A program made the translations under genes and the position numbers. A stretch of DNA of 64,000 nt from Tubiluchus corallicola. Taxonomy: Eukaryota > Animalia > Priapulida. The notes below the pieces were generated by a model. It did no database searches. It had not been told where the DNA came from and worked only from the letters and a program-made list of their open reading frames with translations. Below are positions 41,096-56,300 of the stretch, piece by piece; position 1 is the first letter of the stretch, and each line of letters starts with the position of its first letter. The stretch is from positions 1 through 64,000 of the forward strand of contig JAQGDQ010000946.1 in the NCBI GenBank assembly GCA_030141605.1. The letters are read 5' to 3'.

Positions 41096-42039
41096 AGCAG
41101 CAAGGTGAAAATAAGAAACTTCTCCCCCTCTCTGCTGAATTTCAACGACAAATAGAAAGAGAAAACAGGAAGCGGCTAAAACAAATAAAATCTTATTGCT
41201 CTAGACATAAATTTAAAAACTCGCTTATAAAATCTGACATGTCAGCTCTGATAGTGGATGACCTACATCAGGTCATCTGGTGCTGCGTACCCAAAGTTGG
41301 AAGCAGCAACTGGAGGCGCATGTTGTACTCGCTTGTCGTTGCCAACAAGACGGGACAGAGTGCCAGCGAGTTGGTGCGAGAAACACTAAAAAATGTGGAA
41401 ACACGGATAGCGGGTAACCTTGACAAAAACGAAGAGCACTTCTACATGATGTCGCACATAAAAGAAATGAAAGAACTGGTGACAAAACTGAAACAATACA
41501 AGAAGTTTCTCTTCGTACGCGATCCATTAGAAAGACTCGTGTCGGCATACAGGAACAAAATGTTGTACCGTGGAGTGAATAACCATCTAAAATCAGTCAG
41601 TCAGCACGTGCATCAATATTACACTCACACAAACAACAAAACGACTCAGGCTAGCTTTCCGGAGTTCATCAGCTTCCTGACAGACGACCTTGAAGACTTT
41701 GTCGACGACGATTTACTGCTCACGCACAAGGACAACAAACACTGGCGCAGCGTTTTTGACTTGTGCCATCCATGTGAAGTGCACTACAACTTTGTGGGAA
41801 AGTTAGAGAACGTCCGGGATGAATCCAGATACATTTTGCATAAGTTTTTCCACGTGCAAGACCAGACGGGATTATTTCCCAAGTCGGAAAGACGCGCAGA
41901 GTCGCGTACGACCAGCAACTTATCGAAAGTTTTGTATTCAAAGATTCCGCTGACTCTTGGTGAAAAATTACATCGGAAATATAAGCCAGATTTTCTCATG
42001 TTCAACTACTCCTTCCCGGCTGACATGTTTTACACTTAA
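41096..42039 (+). pseudogene. Duplicated sulfotransferase catalytic exon without a sense-oriented exon 1 (intact 266-aa ORF from internal ATG 41239)
   Basis: Mirror of 36355-37298 with acceptor AG at 41094-41095 and AATAAA at 42421-42426. One synonymous difference noticed (GCG vs GCA, 36847/41547). No copy of exon 1 on the + strand upstream. Confidence 0.7.
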
Positions 42040-43045
42040 CATAACTACACTTAGACCGCGTACATTATATGTCTGCTTGCATATCGAAATCGTCCATAAG
42101 TCGGTAATTAAGCTTTTCAAGTTATTAATTCATATTCGGCATTCGAACGGTCAAATTGAGCCGGTCATAATCGAAGAACTACAAGTTCTGGAGAAATCGA
42201 GGGGAACAAACAGCGTCATCACGAATCTGCACATGTACCGACAGACAGGAGCAGACGGGCGGCAGGACGAGCGACTTGTCGTTGTATCTAACGAGGCATC
42301 GGTTGCTCTTCCTGTGCACCGCTGTGTCACAAGAATGACTTGCGAGTATGTTAAATCAGTTGTTTTATAAGTGACATTTTACACTTTCAAATTTTTGAGC
42401 TTAGTTATTGCTTTTGCATGAATAAACGTTCATTGATATTGCAAAGTAGGAGAATCTTATATATTTAAATGTGTGCTCGCGTAGCAAAATCGTCCATAAG
42501 TCAGCAATTATACTTTTCTAGTTATTCCCATATTCCGAATCTCCATTTCGTGAGGATCATTTTGATACCAAGCTCATTGCTCTATGTTATTTCTAAGCTG
42601 AAATAATCCACGTTGAAGTTGAGGTGCAGGCTATAAACTGAGAAACTTAACCTCAAGAAAATCACTGTTAAAGTTAGATATTGTTTTTTGTGGAAAACAC
42701 TTAGCAACCGCACAAATATTGGTTGCTGTGGACTTTACAAGAACATATTAATAATAAATTCAGTAGATAAATCTTTCTAACGAAAATCTCGGCTCAGCAG
42801 CATAAAAAACCCGAAGCAAAATGACAACTTCCAAGAGTTACTATCAGAGTTTGTAGTACTCAGAATAGTAGTACTAGTTTCTAGCCAGAGTTACAGGGTT
42901 ATAAAATTAGATTTTTAGTATTTCTTGAACATTTTCTTGATAATTTGAAACTAGAATATAAAAGTACAATATTTTTACCATTTATTTTTATAAAAAACAA
43001 AAAATTGACATTTGACCCAATTTTTGGAGCATTCTACTTTCAAAC

Positions 43046-43852
43046 AGCACGTATTTCGTGAGATAAAACAAGTATTTTGTGAAATAAAGCACGTATTTTG
43101 TGAAATAAAGCACGTATTTTGTGAGATAAAGCACGTATTTTGTGAGATAAAACACGTATTTTGTGAAATAAAGCACGTATTTCATGAGATAAAGCACGTA
43201 TTTTGTGAGATAAAGCACGTATTTTGTGAGATAAAACACGTATTTTGTGAAATAAAGCACGTATTTCATGAGATAAAGCACGTATTTTGTGAGATAAAAC
43301 ACGTATTTTGTGAGATAAAACACGTATTTTGTGAAATAAAGCACCTATTTCATGAGATAAAGCACGTATTTTGTGAGATAAAACACGTATTTTGTGAAAT
43401 AAAGCACGTATTTCATGAGATAAAGCACGTATTTTGTGAGATAAAGCACGTATTTTGTGAGATAAAACACGTATTTGTGAAATAAAGCACGTATTTTGTG
43501 AGATAAAACACGTATTTTGTGAAATAAAGCACGTATTTCATGAGATAAAGCACGTATTTTGTGAGATAAAACACGTATTTTGTGAGATAAAACACGTATT
43601 TTGTGAAATAAAGCACGTATTTCATGAGATAAAGCACGTATTTTGTGAGATAAAGCACGTATTTTGTGAGATAAAACACGTATTTTGTGAAATAAAGCAC
43701 GTATTTCATGAGATAAAGCACGTATTTTGTGAGATAAAACACGTATTTCGTGAGATAAAACACGTATTTCATGAGATAACACACATTTTGTGAAATAAAA
43801 CACGTATTTTCTGAGATAAAACACGTATTTTGTGAGATAAAACATGTATTTC
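43046..43852. repeat. 21-bp minisatellite (mirror copy)
   Basis: Mirror array with a 1-bp deletion near 43476 and a unit-variant swap. Confidence 0.93.
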
Positions 43853-44038
43853 AGCTTAAAGATATTTGGTTGTTTTTATTTATTCAGTATCATAGTTTTA
43901 TCATCAAAAATAAACTATTCAAAATTAATAATCTATATCTAGACTGTCTGATTATTTACAACAATTGTACAAAATTCACTATCTTCATCCTCTTGTTAAG
44001 TGTTTAAACTTGGTAATAAAGTGAAATTCACAGAAAAT

Positions 44039-44386
44039 TCTCACAGACGTATTGTCGCTACAATGTATCCCACAGACGTATTGTTGCTACAATGTATCTC
44101 ACAGACGTATTGTTGCTACAATGTATCTCACAGACGTATTGTTGCTACAATGTATCTCACAGACGTATTGTCGCTACAATGTATCCCACAGACGTATTGT
44201 TGCTACAATGTATCTCACAGACGTATTGTTGCTACAATGTATCTCACAGACGTATTGTTGCTACAATGTATCTCACAGACGTATTGTTGCTACAATGTAT
44301 CCCACAGACGTATTGTTGCTACAATGTATCTCACAGACGTATTGTTGCTACAATGTATCCCACAGACGTATTGTTGCTACAATGTA
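44039..44386 (-). repeat. 29-bp tandem repeat x12 (mirror copy)
   Basis: Same unit number; variant order differs in units 11-12. Confidence 0.93.
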
Positions 44387-47300
44387 AGTATCACCCGTTC
44401 ACTTTTCTTTAATTTTTTCTTTCTTTCCTGTCTTTTCTGGGTGGCATCAGCAAAGAACGTCACTTGTTCTCTTTCCTCATACATCTGTTGTAGAAATGAC
44501 AGCCCTGCCAAGTTAAACCCTATAGTATCCTGTAAGAAAAAAACAGGTTACTATACAGCGTGCATGGGAGCTCTAGTGCACAAAGCAGTAATTTCAAAAT
44601 GTAGGCAAATATAAAAATCCAATTCAATATACCGTCTAGTCTCGTTATCTCGCCACTGTCCGTCTAGGGCAAATTTTTGGCGAGAGGCGAGTATGGCGAG
44701 ATAACGGGAATATAACGAAGTTAGTCTATATGTATATACATAATAGTTGAGACATCATGTAGACATAATACATTCAGAGACATGTAAAGTTGCTCACACT
44801 TTGTGGAAACTCAAACTTAAACGCAGTTTTGGTGTTATAGAGTTAGGATATCGGTGACGCTTTAGTTTCTCTGCGCATTAACCAACCACAGCACTCCTAA
44901 TCTAATCCTGGAGAGACACACACTAGATTAATTATGTCTGTCTATCGAGTACAGCAGCATTGTCTACATACCGCAGTTATATTGATCGACACGCGGTATA
45001 TGTATTGATCGATTCACCTCTGAGTTTGTCTGTTTGGCGACATAATGAATATAGTTTATATAAGCACTCATAATAGCATGACGTGGCGAGGGCGAGAAGC
45101 GAGGGTGGCGACTTAACGAGGTAAATTCCAGGTACTTTCTATGGCGCGAGATGAGTTTGGCGGCATAACGAGGGGCGAGATAACGAGGTTAGACTGTACA
45201 GTAATTTTAAATTTAAAACTGAAACTGGAAGCCACTGGCATGGCAGCAGTCAAATCTGGTTTCAAGGCATTTTCAAAAATCGTCATTATTTGCTATTATG
45301 CAATCGAATTATACTTGGTTTACTATTTTTTTTTTGAATTATGCAAGGCATCCACAAAGGAAAGAACTGCCTTATTGCACATTTTAATGGACTATGATCA
45401 GCTTCATAATGTTCATTTAATAATGTGATTGATCTTAGACGAGTTTGAATGAATGATCTAGATGTTTCGTTCACAAGTGTTTTAATTGTTTCAACAGTTT
45501 TCAAAACAAAAAGAAATAAACGTCAAATGTTCACAATTACATTTACGAGGCCACAAGACAAATGAATCAAGGACAGCACAAATTCCAATAATCAAACACA
45601 ATTATTATTTAAATAATTTTTTTAAAGTAATTTAATTCAGAGTTTTAGCACATTTTAACATTTCAGCCCACAACAAGCCTTCTCACAGTTTCGTTGTGCA
45701 CATGTGCAGTTGCTGTAAGTCAAAGGTTAGGTGTACCATCGCAGCGTGTTAAATACAACCATCACCAGACATGTGAGTAAAGCAAAGCCGTCTGCCACAT
45801 CACTTCAGTAACTTTAGTTGCTTTAAATGAAGTTTACTTAGTCATGCTTCAGTCTATGCATAAAGCGATTTACTAGCAGGATCTTGCTTGAGAACAAGAA
45901 AAAATGAACAAGGCAAGGATCAGGCTAGCTGTTAAAACCGTTACTATTACAATAGTGTGGGCTGTGAGGAGTTCTCAAGTGTACACAAATGAACTAGGTA
46001 AGGATTTAGCTTGCTGTTAAAACTGTTACTATTACAATAGCATGGGCTGTGAGGAGTTCTCAAGTGTACACAAATGCGTTGTCTGGTACACTTAACCTTT
46101 GACCTTTTCAGGATCAACATCAATCGCTGGAACTGTGAAAAGGCTTATTGAATAGCAATTCCTCAACGACAGTCCAAGTAGAAAAAGCTTTGACCCCAAT
46201 CATGAAAACCATCGAGCTAATCATAATAAAGCATCCGTGGACTTTTCAATTACGACTGATTACTTCCAAAAATGCTTTAATAATATTCACTAAGAAGCGC
46301 TGCAAAGATTACGAAGTTCCCAATCCCCGGGCATCATCACAATCACTCTCAGGCTAAAAGAATGCCTCCTTAAAAATTTGTTATGCAAACTGCCAACTCT
46401 GTTTATTACCGAACCACAGAAATACAGAAGTGCTCCCTACTATAACTTCTTCTTCTTCTTCACAGCTTTTCCCTATGCGGGGTCGCCGTTGTGAATAAGT
46501 CTCCTCCACATATTCCTGTTGTTGACCCTCTCTTCATTTATGTTCTTCTCTCTAAGGTCTCCGTTAATACATTCAAACCATCTCAGCTTGGGTCGTCCTA
46601 TTCTTCTATTTCCCAGCACTTCCATTTCCATGACCTCCCTTCCCACGTCATCTTCCCCGACTCTCCTTTTCAGGTGCCCATACCATCGCAATCTTGCCTC
46701 TTGTATCTTTTTCGAGGCTTCCACTACTTTCACTGTTCCTCTAATATTACTATTCCTGATTTTATCCCTTGCTCCCTACTATAACACAGTACTAAAAACA
46801 ACAACACATACTGCAAGTGCTTGGACTGATGGATTGCTTAAAAGACAGGTTTACTAATAACATTGAACAGGGCTGGATTATGACCTTTTGTGGAACTTAG
46901 GCTAATGAAATTATAAGCCCCTCAGATGGAGCTACTCGCACAAATCTTGAATATCTTTACTTGTGATATATCTTAGCAATATTTGCACAGTATGAAGTAA
47001 ATTTATTCCAAATTCCTAAAATAAACTAGAATAGCTTTCTTTTATTTGTGAATAAAAATACTCATTAAAGGAAGACCGGACGATTGTTTGACACAATCTC
47101 ATTTTAATTTACTGTCCAAAATATACATTTTCTTGCCTACAAAAATTAACAGTTTTTCCTTATATTTGAATAATTAGCTTAGAAAGTTAATTAACAGCAA
47201 CCGAATACAACTATTGCTTACGTCAGAAACTAACCACAGTTTGTGCAATGGCAGGCGTCTTTCATTGCGCATCAAGCACATTTGCATAAGTGTTACGGTA

Positions 47301-50300
47301 CTGTTTAAAAGCATGATATCACAAAAATGGGCTCTACATTATATGACGTCAGAAACTAACACGGCAATTCATGATCCTGCTTATCACGGTACCGCCTTCT
47401 ATTTGTCAGCCAAGCGAATGTGACAAAAAGGCACCGCTGCCAATCTTAGTAGATTCACTGAGTTTGAATTTAGCTTTGAAAGTTTAACGCTAGGTGTCCG
47501 AGGAAATTATTATTTATTCTAAGCTTTGATTTAAAAAAAGCTTTGGTAGTTTTCAATATTTTAGAGCATTCGTTATTCTGAACTAATGTTTACACAATCA
47601 TCCGGTTTTCCTTTAAGAAATTTCACTCATTTACTATTTATTGTAAACCAAATTAGCCCACATTTCAACACACTGCATTGAAAAAAAACAGTTTTTCAAA
47701 GCTTAAGGCAAACTAGGCTGGAGCCTGTAAAATAATCCAGTACTCTCACATACCTTAAACTCAGTCAATTTCACCAATACATTTTGCCTTAGAGAATCAA
47801 CAATCGGCAATAACGACTGATTGGCTGTAACCTGAGCATGATGCACCCTGGAAAGACACAAACACCATAACTTTATAAAGAAAAACGTTTTAACAAAAGA
47901 ATATCATCCTATGTAAGTGTCCGTAACGTAACGCAAATGCACGAGCAACTTATAGCTTACAATACACATGGATCATCGTGAAATTAATTAAAGAACTAGA
48001 AAAGGCCCCGCAAAAAATTTTGCTTATAAATACACGTACAATCAAAAACACGCGAACATTATACCTAGTGTTTGTTTGTTTATCTAACGCAAAGCCAGCA
48101 GCAGCAGCTTTTACTGAATTAATTCTATAAGCTTATAGACAGAGTGTAATTGATGACGTCAGAACAATGGCTTTGCGTCAGCAGTTTAATTAAAGAATGT
48201 ACCAGCTTTGTCTCCAACACCAAGACGAAAAGAATAAATTTAACAACTTTATTGCAACTCGCAAAGCAACGAGGTTATAACTAGGAAGATGAGTGCAACG
48301 GAAAAACGAAGAAGTTGAAAACAAAAGGGCAACTTTGCAAAAGGGATAAAGTTGATAACACTAACAACACGCATGTATACTGGCGCAGAAATAGCAAATG
48401 CCCTATCATCAAAGCTAAGACAACCTGTTCTAGGAATAGAGGATAAGTTATATGGTGTTTTTAACTGTAATAAGAGAAAAATATCTTCAAGTCTGCAGAG
48501 TAAACGGAACAAACCTGAGCATGAAGAAAAGACACCTGGAACAAAGTTCCGCATCCCATCCATTACGGAAGAAAACGTCAAACAGTTTAATCAAATCCGA
48601 CACGTAATCGAATGGCAGCACCAGCAAAGCTTCCTCAAGTTCACTGTGAAAAAAGCAACTAGTTAACTTTAACTAAAACTAACTAACTAACTAATTAACT
48701 AACTAGGTAGAACACTGATTATCAGCCTACTGTAAATTTACTTTTAACCTTTTCACTATGGAAGCCGGCACACTGCCACCTATATTTTTCTTGTTAAGCG
48801 ACGGAAGGCGGCAGACTGTCACCCAAGCTCAGCAGTAAGCTCGGTTACCCAGGTTTGTTTATTTCACTGCTATGGCTATGCAGAAACATTGTAGAAAAGT
48901 TTAACAGCCGTGGGATTGGGGTTGCTTCGCAACAAGTAACGCTGACCAGCCAACCAGCATCTGAAGCCAGGTGCATTCCACAATACTGTACTGTATAGTA
49001 TGTTCTCATGCAAAATTGCTTGTTGATAGTTGGTGAAATGTGTGTTTAGTCGCTTGGTCTGCATTCTTATAAAATAATTGCGTATTATGGACTAGTAATA
49101 TGGACTTTCGTGTAAATTGGCTTCTAAATATAAGTATATGCTCATTTGTGTGGGTGTGCGCATGCATGCATGCATGAGTGCATGTATGTGTGTGTGGATG
49201 TGTGTGGATGTGCATAAATAAAACTAATATTCATTATTGGTGTTCAATAAGAAATGGCCATTTATGTGGAAGTTGTAATTGTACATTTTTAGGTGCTGCC
49301 ATCTATGAACTAATCCTTTTACATTTTACTAGCTAAACTCACCCCCAGTATAATTGTACGGTCCAGTGAATATCTCTCCCTATTTTACAGTAATGGTTTT
49401 TGTGAAGCCAAATTTGCATAATCACCTATACCTATATATACTGACTGGATTTACTTTCTAGTCACTGTCTAACTCTCAGTGTTCAGTGCAGGACACTATT
49501 GTTCTCAGTGTAGCAGTCATTCTACATATGTTTGTGTAGGCTAATGAACGCTTTTCAGTTTTGTGCAAACATGTCGTATAGTTGTTTATTCTTGTTCTAC
49601 AAAGTGAGTTATCTACAACTTCAAACATGACTTTCATAATTTGTTTATTTACAAGATTCTGTTTTACTAGCACACCACAAGAAGTTATTGTCAAATATAC
49701 TTTTTGCATTTGTTTTATTATTGATTAATATTATAATCTTACAATGGTGGTCGTTTATTCTTGGCATGTATATTAATAGTGTTTACCTATTATTGGTGTA
49801 ATATTGTATTTTCCAATTGCTTGTGATTTATCATTTCTATTCATTTGTAATTGATTGAGTCACATTTATAATAGAATTTGTTAATTAGCCGTGCAGACAA
49901 GTTTAAATAGGCTGCCTTGCCTTCTGTTTCATAGATTGTGCATTTTACGTTTCAATATGCTGTAAATACATATGTGTTCTGACTGTTTAATAAATACACA
50001 TTTAAACCATTCCTGGACTATATAATAAACACGAATCAATTTGATTTAGATGCCTAACTTTGTCCAATATAGCCAATACTGAGTGCTAAGTACAAAACAT
50101 TGCATGTTTGTCAATAATGGTCATTTCATAGACAAATGGAACAGAATTAAGAGAGCCAAACACTACTGCATTACAATTAAAAACAATGACATCAATTTAG
50201 TGTTTGTGTACAAATGTACAGCATGAGAAATCTTTTATTTTAAATTTTGCAAAGCTTAGTAACAATGTCTGCATCTGTGCACACTCTAACAGATGTCCAA

Positions 50301-53300
50301 AATAATAATGGCCGACTATCTAACTGGCTTCAATAATCGTCCATGGCTTATGCCACGTGCAACCATCATTGCAATAGTTCATGAAACGAGGATAATTGGC
50401 TCTTTACCCGAAAAATTACAAGTTGCAACAATCATAAAACACACTGCCTACAAATTTCACTATGACCAATGCACAAACCTTGATCTGATTTTACGTAAAA
50501 TCTCCAAGACAAGCCTCTCTGCTGAAATACTGCCGTATGCTACACACAGAGGATGTAAAGGAAGATCTCCTGTTTGCTGTAAAGCGAAATAGATGATTAA
50601 CATTTAAAAATAATAATAAATTACAAAAAATTCTCATTTAAAAAAGTCGAACGATATCATTAACTGGGTTGCACGAACTCATTTTAACAGAATTTATATG
50701 AAAAACAAAATTTCCTACAACTGTTTCAGTGGACTTTTGTTAGTGAACTTTTGCAGAAAAAAGGAAGTTCAGCCAAAAAGAACACACAAAAAACAACGCC
50801 ATCACAAAAAACTCAGAGATACCGTTAAAAACACATCGAAATGTGCCATTAAATTCTATCCAAAAAAAAAACTTTGACACATGACAACATAAAAGTGAAT
50901 GCTACCTGACGCTAGGGTACCATCTACAGGTGCAAATTCTATAAAACTTCCTTATTCCTCACTATAAATTATCTAATGTCAATCTATATAAAGTAACATT
51001 TTATTCACCATTGCAATTTACACTAACTCAATTATAATTACATGTTAACACGAAATTAAGTGATAAGTCATTTATTTCATATTACACATTTACAATAGTT
51101 TCATGTACAATATCAAGTGAAAGGGCCTACAATGAACATAATACAAATAAGAAATACTGCACAGGAAAAGCCTCAAACACTGTTCACCTATATACAAAGG
51201 TAAATGTGTTGCGGGTAATCAAAAAGCAGGGCTTGTTAGATTGTCCCACACAGTGAAAGAAAAAAAAAGTAATGGAAATAATCCGAAAATTTAAAGTGAA
51301 TCGTATGATAAAAAAAATTTAGTGCTTAAAATGGAATGATGTAATGAATGAAGCTCATATATGGGATGATATAAAAGATAGAAAGACTATTATATGTTAA
51401 TAGTATGTAAAATTAAGATAACTTGATTAAGCTAACACCACTGTTTTGCAACTTACTTTTTCATCCGGTCCTAGATGCTCCTGCTCACGCATTGTCCTCT
51501 TCTGGATATCCTCTCGATAAACGTTTACTGCTTCCATTAATCTTTCAGCCTAAAATAAAATTGATTATACAAGTTTAATTATTGCAATTACACTGGCCAC
51601 AGTTGCATGATGAAACGTCTCATTCTGCCAGGAAAACACACTTTCATACTCCACACAGCTCATATTTTACGTCTACTGCCAAAATGCATTATGTGGCTTC
51701 TTTAACCCTTTCATACCCGTTGTATCCCGTGGGATACGAGAATATTTTCTGCCTTTAAAATGAATAAAAGTTTAAAACTGACAGTTATTTGATCTGTTAA
51801 TAGTTATTTTTAGTTAAGCCAATAACAAAAGACTAAAAATGGTGATAAAATGGCAAACTAGAAAATCTACATAGCATAAAAACTGCGCAAGGTACAGTAC
51901 TTTAGAGATGACTTTGTACAGATCAGCATAGCATAATTAGTATGTGTAAACAAAGATGGACATACTGAACAAAAGTAACAAGCCAAAAAATTTTTCTTTT
52001 TAAAAAAATAATTTGGGACTGAAAGGGTTAAGTATTTAGTACAGACTCTGATTGAACATTCGCATAGAATCCCCCTGTTTCACAATTAGTATTCCATCTG
52101 CCACGAATATTTGTCTTCAAAGATGAACGAAATATTGTCTGAGCATGTAGAAAAGATGCAAATTCCACTGAAGCCAACAATGAGTAACAAGAGCTGTCTA
52201 CAAACTGTGTGACAAGGCAGTGTGTTTTGAATAACTAAATTTCAAACATATACATTTTTTCATACTTGAGAACTTTATTACAGAACTAGTAACAGTAGTA
52301 GGGGTGAGCATCGAACGCTCGAATTCGATTCGAACGAGTTTTTTTAGTTCGAACTCGATTCGAATCCAAAACTAGATTCGAATAATTCAGCACTTCAATC
52401 ACATATGTTCCTGATCATTAAAACGATTGAAACATCATGCAATTAACATAATTTAGTTGTTATTTCTGCGCACAACTCTAAGCAAATTACTAGTCGTTTT
52501 ATTGCAGAACAAAATCTAGTGATACACATGATCTTTGTAAGACTAATTTTTCCTGGTGGTTCGAAAATCGTTCAATCTCAATTCGAATTCGGTTCGAAAC
52601 ACTGAAGTTCGGTTCGATTCGAATTCGAAACACTGAAGTTCGGTTCGATTCGAATTCGAAAGTCACAAATTCAGTTCGATTCGAATTCGCTTTCTGGTAG
52701 AGAATGCTCACCCCTAATCACAAGATACATAATAATATCATAATTAAATGCAAGAGTTAGTGATGATTTATATAGAGGAAAATATGGGCTATTACTAATA
52801 AAATATAGTCAATCTGTTAGACAGAATTTGGCAATTGAAATATTACAGTTACAGGAAATAATTAATTTATGTTTATATTCCTTTGATAAGTTACAATTAG
52901 TTTAAACAATTAATATATAAATATATAAATAAATTATTTTCTAAAGTAATTGTAATTCATCAAATGTGACATAAATATAAATTAACTATCTAGTAAGCAA
53001 TTGTAATATTTCAATTGCCCAGATGCCACCTAGAGAGTACCTATATGTTGTTAATAATAGAACATGTAGGATGGATGGGTGACCAAGATGACTTCTTTGT
53101 TCTTTTGCTACTCATTCACAAGCCTTAGTTCTTAGTTCAAAATTAAGAATGCTCTAAAATATTGAAAACTGCAATAGTTTTTTCTCAAATCAAAGCTCAG
53201 ATTAAACAATAATTCCTCGGCTATTCAAATTTTGTTAAACTTTCAAAGCTACGCGCATCTCAGTGAATCTACTAAGATTGGCAGTGGAGCCTTTTTGTCA

Positions 53301-56300
53301 CGTGCGTGTGGCCGACAAATAGAAGGCGGTGCCGTGATAAGTATGATCATGAACTACAGTGTTAGTTTCTGAAGTCATATGATGCAAAGCCCATTTTTCG
53401 TGACATCATGCATTTAAGCAGTACTGTAACACTTATGCAAATGTGCTTGAAGCACAAGGGAATATGCCTGCCATTCCACAAACTGTGGTTAGTTTCTGAC
53501 GTAAGCAATAGCTGTGTTCGGTTGCTGTTAATTAACTTTCTAAGCTAATTATTCAAATATAAGGAAAAACTGTTAACTTTTATAGGCAAGAAAATGTATA
53601 TTTAGGACAGTAAATTAAAATGAGATTGAGTCTAAACAATCGTCCGGTCTACCTTTAAATACACTAGGCCACTATGAAATTTATATTTTCATATCTCGGT
53701 TTGCCGGACCTCGCTTTTACGGTTATCGGAAAATTTGGACAAAATCTAGTCCATTAAAAGTCCCACATACTATGAAAACAGTCTGTTATTTGGCAGGTGG
53801 ACCACTAAATGACGGGGCGTCACTTTGTTTACATACCTTACATCAGCATAACCATGTGTACATATCTATGCATAAAAATATAGAGTCAATTATGCAGAGT
53901 TATTTGAGTCAATTGCGACAGTTTTTATACAGTTTTGCATAGGAGCGGCCCGTACTTGATGTTTTTGAGACAGTTAGGTGAATTAATTCTACATTACCAT
54001 GAATCTAATACACTTACTGTATTGTTTAGTATCGGAAAACACAGACAATCCGCAAATTCGGACGGACGTCTCCCCTCTTTTGTCTGGCAAACCGAGATGT
54101 GAGTGTACGTTGAATGTCCATTACAAATATCATGCCATAACCTGCCTACATGTTAACTATGTAAGCACAAACTAATTACAAACCGCTTTGTAAGTCTCAA
54201 TGGTCTTCTTTCCTGCCAAAGCAGCTTCCTTAACCGAAGCCTCACCAGGAATCTAGAACAAATTTTTATTTTTATTATTTACTTATTTCACATCAACACA
54301 AATACACAATTAATACATTAAAAGAAACAAAAAGTTATCAATAATTCGATGAATAACAAACAGTAAGATACATAATAGGAAGCAAATTTCGAAAAAAATG
54401 ATTTAAATCGTCTTTAGACCTATGGTAAACAAAGATAGTGATATCGCTACGTCCTTTAATACTGGTGTCTAAACAACGTTATGTACAGCATCATTACAAA
54501 TATACTAACTAGACTCTCAAAACACTGTGGGGTTGAAAGATAAACAAGAGAATTATCACTGTTGTATGTTGCTTAGTAAATGCGTATACAGTTTACTTTG
54601 AGCACATAACTAGTTTAGAAATACCATAGTTTAGGTTTGCTATATATACAAATGTAAATGTGTTGCGGGCAATCAAAAAGCAGAGCTTGTTAGATCGTCC
54701 CATACTGTGAAAGAAAAAATAATAATGAAAATAATCTGAAAATTTGAAGTGAATCGTATGATAAACAAAACATTAGTGCTACAGAATGGAATGGTGTAAT
54801 GAATGAAGCTCATATATGAGATGATATAAAAGATTGATAGATAGTTAAGATAAAATAATAGACAAAGATAGAGAAAATGAAATAAGAGTTCAGAAGAGGA
54901 GTTCAAAAAATGCACAATTCCCACATGATAAGAAAACAGAGGCAAGTATCACAAAGGACTAGACAACAGGCGTGAATAAGAGAATGTGCGCTATGGAAAA
55001 CAACTTCGAGGTGAGAAAATAATATCAAAATAAACATGATAAAACACGGGTTGCAATAAGACAGCCTGCAATTCGTTAAAGCACAACGAAACACCATTGT
55101 TATATAAAGCTAAAAATATATTCTTAAAGTTGTACGTATCACCTACATGCCGTCTTGCTGCATACAAGGCTTGTATTATTGTTGAGATATTGAATAAAAC
55201 TTGAAAATTTAAACTCTGGCACAAGGTTCTAATTTGCACATTTGGAATTCTTGGATGCACTTACGCTAGACGCCGTTTAATAGACTCACTTGGGATGGAA
55301 GTGTTCTGACCCGATTAACCGACTGATTCAATTAACGGATGCCGATGGTTGTTGCCTATTACTATAGAAGTATGAGTCATGACTTACCACTTTAGAATGC
55401 ATTGCAAAGGCTTTAAATGAATTTTAGAAACGAATTAACGTCAAAATTCCTATGTGCAATTATTTAAGAAACATACTTTACATAAGTGAATTAATAAAGA
55501 AAGAAAAAAATGCACAAATCTAATTATTAAAACTAAAAAATTACACGCAAGGTCGGCTGCTTCATTTCTTCACAAAGAAGTTGGTTTATGAAATTCTCAT
55601 GTTGATAAAAAAAGTTGAAAATCTGTTGCTGTATAGTGTACATATTGTACGTATAGTGCTTGAACTGCAGTTGGTGATGACCTTGCGAAAAGCAGCCGGA
55701 ACTTCAAAAGCAAACCGCTGGTCAAGTTTAAGGTCAAATGTTTAGCTACCAGAAACAACGAGGTTACTACAGCAGGGTGACAGATTGAAAGCAAACCCGC
55801 TACGCTAACATATTAGCGCATATAATAAATGTACTGTACCTTCTTATATACAAACTGTATTTAACATGGCTACTTCTACGTATATTATACGCAGTGACAC
55901 AAACACATAAAAGCGACATAAAAATGATGTAAAATCAGTAAAAGCTCTTTGTCACACACAAGTATCTTATTTTAAGTACGTGAAGTAAAAATATTGAGTC
56001 AATCATGCAGTGTTCGTAAGATTTTTCTCTGCTTGCTCTTTAATCTAAAGTTGTACTTATTTAGAATTGCCTGTAAAACATGGCTTCGTTATGTGCATTT
56101 AGTAGGTCAGCCAATCAGAATTGAGCACGTTTTTTAGTCTACTCATTGGAAGCGAAGAAACTGCCACATATTTTACTTTTTCTGTAATATTGAATTTAAA
56201 ATAAAAGTTTTTGTGATTACTTCAAAAGATGCAGAGTTATTTGAGTCAATTACTAACAGTTTTATACACATTTGAATCGGGGCAGCCAGTTCCAGCCGTT

